Below are positions 10,201 to 16,520 of a stretch of 64,000 nucleotides of DNA, piece by piece. The translations under genes and the position numbers were made by a program. The DNA lies in NCBI GenBank assembly GCA_029260135.1, contig JAJDDV010000109.1, positions 879-64,878 of the forward strand, in the 5' to 3' direction. How positions within the stretch are numbered: the first letter of the stretch is position 1; each line of letters begins with the position of its first letter. The DNA is from Phycisphaerae bacterium (GTDB taxonomy: Bacteria; Planctomycetota; Phycisphaerae; UBA1845). A model generated the notes under the pieces. That model ran no database searches. It had not been told where the DNA came from and was given only the letters and a program-made list of their open reading frames with translations.

Positions 10201-13200
10201 ATCGCCGGGTGCGCGGGTGACGTGGCATGCGCCGACTGCGACGGCAACAGCGTTCCGGATGCGTGCGACGTTTCCGCTTGCGCGGGCGATCCTAGGTGTT
10301 CGGACTGCGATCTCAACGGCGTTCCGGATTCCTGTGATATCGTCGCCTGTGTCGGCGATCCGGCCTGCGCCGACTGTGACGGCAACAGCGTTCCGGATGC
10401 ATGCGATCTGGTCACGTGCGTCGGCGATCCGGCGTGCGGCGACTGTCAAGGCAACGGCGTGCAGGACGCGTGCGACATTGCCTCGTGCGCCGGTGATCCG
10501 TCCTGTGCTGATTGTCAGGGCAACGGCGTACCGGACGGTTGCGATTTGGCTCCGAGCAGCCTCGCCAGGCTGGGTCTCGCAGGCGTGGCGTATCCGGAGT
10601 TCTTCGAGTCCTTGGCGGCGGTACCGTCGATTGATGAATGGGTGCAGGCATTGTCGCTTCGGTCATCCTTCGACTGCAACGTCAACTCCATACCGGATGA
10701 GTGTGACATCTCTTCGGGTCAGAGTCAGGACCACGACGGCAACGGCATTCCTGACGATTGCGAGGTGTTCAGGTTCTACGTGAACATTGCTTTCTCAGCG
10801 GTAGGTGCCAAGCGTTCGAGCTTGTACGGCATGGGCTGGGACAATCCGTTCTGGACGCTTCAGGAGGCGCTGGATGTGGCCGTCGGCGTGGGTGAGGCTG
10901 AGATTTGGGTGGCGGCCGGCACGTATACGCCTGATTACAACGCCGGCAGCGATTCTGGGATGTCGTTTGCGCTCAGGAACAAGGTGGCGCTTTATGGCGG
11001 TTTCATCGGCGTTGAAACCGAACGATCTCAGCGTGATCCCGTAGTCAACGAAACGGCTCTCAGTGGTGATCTCAACGGTGATGATGGAATCGGAATCGTC
11101 ACCGACAACTCGATCCATGTGATTACGGCGCATAGCGTCGACTCCACGGCTGTTCTCGACGGATTCACGGTATCGGGTGGGAACGCGATCGCGACTTGGT
11201 TCCCCGCGAATTCGGGCGGTGGGTTGTACAGCGACGGCGGGAGTCCGACCATCAGGAACTGTACTTTCACCGGGAACACGGCCGGCGTGCGGGGTGGTGC
11301 GATGTACACCGTCAACGGTGCACCAACGATCGACGGTTGTACGTTCACGGGCAACAGCTCGGGTTGGGGTGGGGCCATGAGGAACACCAACAGTGCTTCG
11401 ACGATCCTGGATTGTGTTTTCTCCGGCAACTCGGCGGTTACGAGCGGCGCAGCGGCGTATAGCAGCGACGGTGGCGTAACGTTCACGGGTTGTACATTCG
11501 ACGGAAACGACGCCGGCTGGGGAAGTGCCTTGTACAACGACGGTGGACTACCGATCATTGAGGATTGCACTTTTACGGCCAACACGGCCGTCAACAGCGG
11601 CGCCGCCGTCTACAACAGCTCCAGTGATGCGTCGCTCGTGCTATGCACATTCCAGGGGAACAGCGCGAACTGGGGTGGGGCCATCTACAATGATACGTCT
11701 GCTCCGAACGTCAGCGATTGCGGCTTTGACAACAACCAGGCGACGTACGGCGGGGCGCTGGTCAACGACAGCATTGTCGCCAGCTCCATTTCGCGCACGG
11801 CGTGGCGCGATTCACTGAAGCCCGTCGGCGGCAACTTTGAAGCGAGGGCGATCCCGGATGCAGATCCGTTTTCGATTCCGCAGCGACATCGGGCGTCCAG
11901 GCAGGTCGGCCAGGTCTATCAGAGATGCACATTCACAAACAACACGGCGCTGTATGGTGGTGCCGTCATGACGCTCGGCGGAACCGATGGCTACGTGAAC
12001 TGCCGGTTCGACAACAATGTGGCCGAGGGAGACGGGGGCGCCATGAACTACCAGGCGGCGGCGAGCGGATCGTTCACCAACTGCGAGTTCTTCAACAACC
12101 GTGCCAATGGTGATCCGGCGGTGGCGGGTGGCGGTTCGCCTTTCGGCGGCGGTGCGGTTGCACTTTTTGTTGAGTGCAACGTGTCGCTGACGAACTGCGC
12201 CCTGGTGAATAATCAAGCCGGCGGTCTCGATCCGACGGATGGCGGGGGTGGGCTCATCGTTTATGGCAGTACGGCCACGGTGATCAACAGCGTGTTGTGG
12301 AATAACTCGGATGTTGGTGGTACCGACGAATCGGCGCAGGTCTATCTGTTGGAACTTGGGGCTGCGTCGGTGGACTACTCCTGTGTTCAGGGCGGATGGT
12401 CAGGGGGTGGAGCGGGCAACCTCAGTTCCGACCCGGGCTTGTCGGATGTCGTTGCGGGCGACGTGCACCTTGCACGAGGGTCACTCTGCATCGATGCCGG
12501 CGACAACACGGCCGCGGAACTGTCCGGGGTTACTGTCGATCTCGACGGCAACCTGCGATACGTCGACGATCCGGCCACGCCCGATACGGGTGTCGGTGCG
12601 CCGCCGGTGGTTGATCTGGGTCCGTATGAGTTTTTCGACATCTGTCCGATTCCGGCTGCGCCCGAGGTTGAGCGGTTAGCGCTTCCGGACACTCCGGCGA
12701 GCATCAAGAACCGGTTTCTCGCGATCCTTCCGGGCAATGCGGGGTTGAGCGCGGCGGTTCGTGTCGTTTTGACGGATCTTCCCAGCCCCTTCGAGGGTTT
12801 GATCGGCGAGGTGATGTGGGTCGAGATTCCGGCGGTGTACTGCGAGAACTCCGGTCAGGATGTTCCAGGTAGCGGTGAGTGTAGTGTCGCGCCCGGTTCG
12901 TTGGGGCCGACTTACTTCGGTGCGACACTGGGATGCACCCCGGCGTATGCCGACTGGAGCGTGTTTGACACCGTTCACATCTTCGATGAGCTGGTCATTC
13001 CGGGTGCGTCTTACACGATCCAGATCGTCGCTGAGATTTGTGACACGACTGTGGAGGCCAACTTCTCTGGTCCACTCAACGTGGATACGAACTCGTGGGG
13101 TGACTCGGTCGGCGCGTTTGACGCGGGGTTCGCGATGTGGGGCCCGGCGGACGGTGTCGTCAATGTGACGACAGATGTCGTGGCGCAACTCGACAAGTTT

Positions 13201-13368
13201 TCCAATCTTCCGTCGGCGCCGGCCAAGGTTAGCGTGGACATCGATCCGTCGTTGCCGAATCATGTCATCAACATCACGGATGTCACGCGAACGCTTGATG
13301 CTTTCCGGGGTGCGTCTTACCCGTTCCAACCGGGGCCGGCGCCGTGCAGGTTCGCGAAGCGGTTTTAA
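7264..13368 (+). CDS. Secreted astacin-family (M12A) zinc metalloprotease with FG-GAP propeller, Cys-rich repeats, beta-helix and dockerin-like tail
   Basis: IEGDI propeptide motif, HELGHTLGLWHEQSRWDRD, Met-turn SLMHYG; FGxSVA...GAAYVF repeats; GGA/FxxN repeats; CIDAGDN...DLDGNLR...DLGPYEF. The ORF is open from 7150; start placed at the signal-peptide-like Met. Confidence 0.9.
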   Translation: MFCGLMLRRSVLPVILIASMTLGQTPSVSQDGRRSPEAGSAGSKAPSIPDGFMLIEGDILVPVDFFKRSPDKVAYTPDLWPGGVVPYEFDANVTAANRTAMEAAMVNWEDVAAVDFRPRAGDANFVHIQDDAGNRSHVGMRTGRQDIWIASWNSEFTMVHELGHTLGLWHEQSRWDRDSYVRIVAGNICQTCCAGGACDHNFDIDISGGHGPYDFESLMHYGQCDFSVCSSCPNDTGCAESGRTIVVLPPNESWQSQIGQGDHLSAGDRAIMVFLYGCPDCPWGPTCPDCDGNAFGDDCEMANCRDDPACDDCNGNGVMDACDVSACTGDPSCGDCNFNGIPDGCDIRVPQQVAKLTAHDGAGYDFFGHSVAIDGNSALVGAYGVNEDTTADSGAAYMFSRYGGVWSEIGVVGRTTVEAGDAFGWSVSLDGGRGAVGAHLDDIFGGTVDRGAAFPFDLPGNLWVNPFTAQLRSGVGGAAGDNFGSSVALQGNTAVVGSWKDDILGETEAGSAYVFRTTTGSWIQQFKLTASDAGAYDRFGVSVAVWGDTAIVGSYRDGHTNRWNAGSAYVFTRSGTIWTQQAKLIASSPFDEELFGQSVALYGDTAFVGAPGEYYPGGGVGPGSVYVFTRTGTTWTQQARLTASDGEVGDGFGYAVAVQGVTALIGAPYDDLTVGAEEGSAYVFVRSGAFWREKAKLTASDAKASARFGCSASLDDGTGIVGAERDDVAGMTAVGAAYVFTLPTSADCNNTGVPDECEYDCTGNGIVDDCEIADCVGDPACGDCNGNTLTDECDIALCGHSSPACEDCNSNGVPDGCDLSSCSGDPACADCQGNAIPDECDIASCAGDPACGDCNLNGSPDGCDLTTCGGDPACSDCNGNSLPDACDIAGCSGDPSCGDCNVNGIPDGCELLSCAGDPACADCNGNSVPDACDIAGCAGDPACGDCNVNGIPDGCELAGCAGDPLCSDCNGNSVPDACDIAGCAGDVACADCDGNSVPDACDVSACAGDPRCSDCDLNGVPDSCDIVACVGDPACADCDGNSVPDACDLVTCVGDPACGDCQGNGVQDACDIASCAGDPSCADCQGNGVPDGCDLAPSSLARLGLAGVAYPEFFESLAAVPSIDEWVQALSLRSSFDCNVNSIPDECDISSGQSQDHDGNGIPDDCEVFRFYVNIAFSAVGAKRSSLYGMGWDNPFWTLQEALDVAVGVGEAEIWVAAGTYTPDYNAGSDSGMSFALRNKVALYGGFIGVETERSQRDPVVNETALSGDLNGDDGIGIVTDNSIHVITAHSVDSTAVLDGFTVSGGNAIATWFPANSGGGLYSDGGSPTIRNCTFTGNTAGVRGGAMYTVNGAPTIDGCTFTGNSSGWGGAMRNTNSASTILDCVFSGNSAVTSGAAAYSSDGGVTFTGCTFDGNDAGWGSALYNDGGLPIIEDCTFTANTAVNSGAAVYNSSSDASLVLCTFQGNSANWGGAIYNDTSAPNVSDCGFDNNQATYGGALVNDSIVASSISRTAWRDSLKPVGGNFEARAIPDADPFSIPQRHRASRQVGQVYQRCTFTNNTALYGGAVMTLGGTDGYVNCRFDNNVAEGDGGAMNYQAAASGSFTNCEFFNNRANGDPAVAGGGSPFGGGAVALFVECNVSLTNCALVNNQAGGLDPTDGGGGLIVYGSTATVINSVLWNNSDVGGTDESAQVYLLELGAASVDYSCVQGGWSGGGAGNLSSDPGLSDVVAGDVHLARGSLCIDAGDNTAAELSGVTVDLDGNLRYVDDPATPDTGVGAPPVVDLGPYEFFDICPIPAAPEVERLALPDTPASIKNRFLAILPGNAGLSAAVRVVLTDLPSPFEGLIGEVMWVEIPAVYCENSGQDVPGSGECSVAPGSLGPTYFGATLGCTPAYADWSVFDTVHIFDELVIPGASYTIQIVAEICDTTVEANFSGPLNVDTNSWGDSVGAFDAGFAMWGPADGVVNVTTDVVAQLDKFSNLPSAPAKVSVDIDPSLPNHVINITDVTRTLDAFRGASYPFQPGPAPCRFAKRF
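9541..10550 (+). repeat. Intragenic tandem repeat, about 14-15 units of 69 bp (23 aa)
   Basis: Unit DCNGNSVPDACDIAGCAGDPACG, 4 Cys per unit. Confidence 0.9.
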
Positions 13369-13413
13369 TGCTTGGGAGCAGGCGCATCAAGTTGTTCCCT
13401 ACGGTTGGTGACT

Positions 13414-13503
13414 ATGTGGCGGCCGTCGGACGGTGTTGTCAACAGGACGACGGATGTCGTTGCGCAACTCGACAAGTTTTCGAGCCTTCCCACGGCACCG
13501 GCG
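13414..13503 (+). repeat. Diverged copy of the dockerin-like tail segment 13135-13224
   Basis: MWRPSDGVVNRTTDVVAQLDKFSSLPTAPA vs MWGPADGVVNVTTDVVAQLDKFSNLPSAPA (25/30 aa identical). Confidence 0.85.
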
Positions 13504-13504
13504 G

Positions 13505-13659
13505 TTGTCCAAGCCGGTCGTGTTCCCGTCGATTATAGCCATGTTGGCGTTGTTCTGGTCAAACGGATCATCCACGTCCCAGACCCGAAAATGGACGGGA
13601 ACGTTCGCCATCGGCGGATCGAGCGTGGCAGGGACCGCTACTACAGACTGTAGTAACAC
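13505..13659 (-). pseudogene. Fragment of the zincin gene's central region
   Basis: 13547-13626 is identical (80 bp) to 17686-17765; the fragment encodes ATLDPPMANVPVHFRVWDVDDPFDQNNANMAIIDGNTTG. Confidence 0.85.
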
Positions 13660-13687
13660 CTCCGGCAGGTTGACAATTCCCTTCGCC

Positions 13688-14911
13688 TCAGCGGTCGCGC
13701 TCGCGTTCTTGCTTGGCCGACTTGCTACGCTCGAGTTTCGCCCTGTATCCGTTCACGTCAGACTCCAGGCGATCCGCGAGTTCACTTGCGTTTGACACAT
13801 CGATGCGGCGAATCTTGACCGCGCATCCGTGAACCTTGTCCCATTGTTCGCTCAGCCCATACAGACGACCAAGCTGAAAATACGCCGCCGTACGCGGCCA
13901 AAGGTCTTGTCCTGCTGCCGTCGTGAGGTATCGCAACGCCGTCTCACGTGCCTTCGCCGCACGATCGTACACGGCCTGCAACTCCTCAGTGAGATTCTCT
14001 TGCGTCCACCGTTCAAGCTGCCCGTGGCTTGCCACGCGTTCGAAAGTCTCAATGTGGACCAGTCCCACGTATCGCGCCAGGTATCCTGCGTATGCCGTAT
14101 CCGGGAACCGTTTGAGCAAGTCCGTGAGCGTCTCAACCAAGGCCGCTTGCTTACGATTGTATGCGTCGCCTTCCGGATCGATCCGTAGTGGTTTCGTCTG
14201 TCGAATCACGCGTTTGAGAAGGTCAAAACCGAACTCATATTCTCGAATTGTCTCCCCCTCCGTCTCGATCAGGTAGTCCATGTTCACTCCGAGATAAGAT
14301 ATGCTCAGCGCCCGAAGTTCGGTAAAGAATGCTCTGTCCGTATCCGAGATCGGCTCAACAAATACCTTCGCTTCGTTGGACAAGACGGGGGCGAATCTTC
14401 CGTCCGGCTGGCATGCACACTGCACGGTGTATATTCCGGGCTCCGGGAACGCTACACCTGTGGGATAACCTCCACGGAGAATCAGCAATTCCCCAGTCGT
14501 GGACTCTCCAGGGGCAAGGACTACTTCGTGCCGTGCCGGTGAAGTCTCTGAGTGTGTCAGCCACTGGTGCATGCGCACGACGATGCCGTCGGGTTGAGTC
14601 ACGAGCGAGGCGGCACGGTGTGGGAGTCCATCATCGCGCACGTCGATTGTCAAAGGTAGAATATCGCGATTCGAGAGCGTAACATTGACAAGCAGGGGCT
14701 CGTACGCGCTCATGTTCTTCGCTGATGCCCGCACTAGGACCTCAATCCTGTGCTCAGGGGGCGGAAGACTGTCAGATTGCGCACGCCAGGGATTCACGGT
14801 TCCTGGCTGACCTTGCGCAATGGTCACAATAATCGTAACGTAGACAACAGGTAGACACCTCGCCAAGTTCATCATCTGTCTCCCACAGATCGCTATTCTC
14901 GGACGACCCAT
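13688..14911 (-). CDS. Exported partner protein 2 (predicted beta-sandwich plus TPR-like helices); candidate immunity/inhibitor
   Basis: Signal-peptide-like N-terminus; ATG overlaps the stop of the orphan zincin (TGATG); motifs AYEPLLVNVTL, FPEPGIYTV, VLSNEAKV, RFPDTAYA have counterparts in partner 1. Confidence 0.75.
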   Translation of the reverse strand: MGRPRIAICGRQMMNLARCLPVVYVTIIVTIAQGQPGTVNPWRAQSDSLPPPEHRIEVLVRASAKNMSAYEPLLVNVTLSNRDILPLTIDVRDDGLPHRAASLVTQPDGIVVRMHQWLTHSETSPARHEVVLAPGESTTGELLILRGGYPTGVAFPEPGIYTVQCACQPDGRFAPVLSNEAKVFVEPISDTDRAFFTELRALSISYLGVNMDYLIETEGETIREYEFGFDLLKRVIRQTKPLRIDPEGDAYNRKQAALVETLTDLLKRFPDTAYAGYLARYVGLVHIETFERVASHGQLERWTQENLTEELQAVYDRAAKARETALRYLTTAAGQDLWPRTAAYFQLGRLYGLSEQWDKVHGCAVKIRRIDVSNASELADRLESDVNGYRAKLERSKSAKQERERDR

Positions 14912-15591
14912 CAAGGGCCTGTGTAAGTCCGCAGTTCAAGAAGACTCTGCGAACCGAAGGAGTCCGTTTGGATATCTTCATCCATCAACTCCGTTGTATG
15001 GTCGACACCCAGCGCATGGGCGATTTCGTGGGCCACGGTAATACGCAGCGCCGCCCCACCGAACCCGTCATCGACCGCCTCGGCAAAGATCGCGCACATT
15101 CCTGTGTATTGCGAGCCCCATTTGCCTACAGGTTTTACATCTCCGAAGACGCCGACCTTGTTTGCATTAATACCCTTTGTAGCCTCAACCTCGCCGTCAA
15201 AGTCTTCGTGGCGCTCCGCTTGAAAAGCGGAGTACACGTAGGCCGTCCAGAAGTCCGGCGTGGAAACCGCAAGGGAGCGCGACAGAAGGATCGGAATCCA
15301 CGCTGCTTCGTATTCTATGTTGTCGATATTCTTGATGAACGCGATTCCGGTCAGCGAGGTATGGCTGCCCGCGACGACCGGCAGGATGGACTCCGGAGCA
15401 AACCGTTGTTCGCTCTTCGGTGCGCCCGCCTGCAGACGGAGGTCGCGCGTTAAGACGACGATGCCCCTGTCGTGTACTGTGCCATCGCAAGGCCCGGCAC
15501 AAACGACGGCAGAATGAACCTCAGGAAGGCCCTCATTATCGTTCCGATTCTTGATCTGTTGCTCTCTTGAGTTGGTCGAGTTCCTTGGCAA
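14911..15591 (-). CDS. Orphan zincin-like C-terminal module (no signal peptide, start uncertain)
   Basis: TVAHEIAHALGVDH...LMD; colinear with the C-terminus of 16521-19049 (STPDFW/SSASYW, CAIFAE/SAIFLQ, DSFGSQSLLELR/DHFSAETINIIR). Confidence 0.7.
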   Translation of the reverse strand: MPRNSTNSREQQIKNRNDNEGLPEVHSAVVCAGPCDGTVHDRGIVVLTRDLRLQAGAPKSEQRFAPESILPVVAGSHTSLTGIAFIKNIDNIEYEAAWIPILLSRSLAVSTPDFWTAYVYSAFQAERHEDFDGEVEATKGINANKVGVFGDVKPVGKWGSQYTGMCAIFAEAVDDGFGGAALRITVAHEIAHALGVDHTTELMDEDIQTDSFGSQSLLELRTYTGP

Positions 15592-16516
15592 GGCGCCTGC
15601 CCTGCCACGCCCACTGCCCTGCTGGATTGACTTGCTCCAATTGCGCTAGCGCGACGCGCGCTTCCGCGTACTTTCCGCATGCTGATCGAGCTACACTCAG
15701 TTGAAACAGCGCTTCCGTTCGGAGTGCATGGTCCGGAGCCAGTTCCCCCAAGCCTGCGGCGAGATCGTCGGCGATCGGCTCCCACCGCCGTTGATCATGC
15801 ACGCGAACCGTTGTCTTCGTGATGCTCTTGGCCCGCTCAAGCGACAACGCAACAACAGCAAGTCTCCCGAGATAGGTATCCGAATACTGTTGCGCTACAA
15901 CACCGAAAGCCTCTATTGTCGAAGCCGCCCCTTCGTGCGCCAGAAGAAACCTGATGCCGTCGGGATACGTTGGTATGACAACGTCAGCAGCGAGTTGCTC
16001 GCGCCGATTCAGCGAAGATACGGCAATCCGAATCGGGTCTGATCTCAGCGAGTTTCCCCTGTCGGTCAGCACAAGGAAGTACTCGCCGGGCTCCAGGGGC
16101 GTTCCTGATTCACGTGGGGTCTCCGAAGTGCTTGAGACCGCGAAGATCCCAATGGCCCTGCACCTGAAAACACCGTCGTGAGCCCCATTTTGGGTTTCCC
16201 ATTCAGGAGACATCAAGGCACTCGCGACAATCGTATTGGATCCGTCACGTAAGGTTGCGTAGAAGCGTCGGCGCGTAGCGGCAATCGGTACGCCCCGCTC
16301 GTCCGTCCGCTGACGTTCACTCAACGACAATTCGGCTTCCAGGGACACTGAGAGTGAAAAGGGCTCGTACACGCGGATTGATGCCTGGTCAAGGGCAATA
16401 TGTAGCGACTCCCCATTCGTGTCCGATGCTCCCGCGCCGAGGAGAAACAGAACCACCAGTGTACTGGCGTAAGGCTGTCCACCTACTATCATGATGCGTG
16501 CTATCATTGTATACAT
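15536..16516 (-). CDS. Exported partner protein 1; candidate immunity/inhibitor
   Basis: Starts 4 nt after the zincin stop; hydrophobic signal (STLVVLFLLGAGA); VYEPFSLSVSL, LEPGEYFL, LRSDPIRI, QYSDTYLG; TPR-like end (EALFQLSVARSACGKYAEA). Confidence 0.75.
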   Translation of the reverse strand: MYTMIARIMIVGGQPYASTLVVLFLLGAGASDTNGESLHIALDQASIRVYEPFSLSVSLEAELSLSERQRTDERGVPIAATRRRFYATLRDGSNTIVASALMSPEWETQNGAHDGVFRCRAIGIFAVSSTSETPRESGTPLEPGEYFLVLTDRGNSLRSDPIRIAVSSLNRREQLAADVVIPTYPDGIRFLLAHEGAASTIEAFGVVAQQYSDTYLGRLAVVALSLERAKSITKTTVRVHDQRRWEPIADDLAAGLGELAPDHALRTEALFQLSVARSACGKYAEARVALAQLEQVNPAGQWAWQGRRLAKELDQLKRATDQESER

Positions 16517-16520
16517 GACA

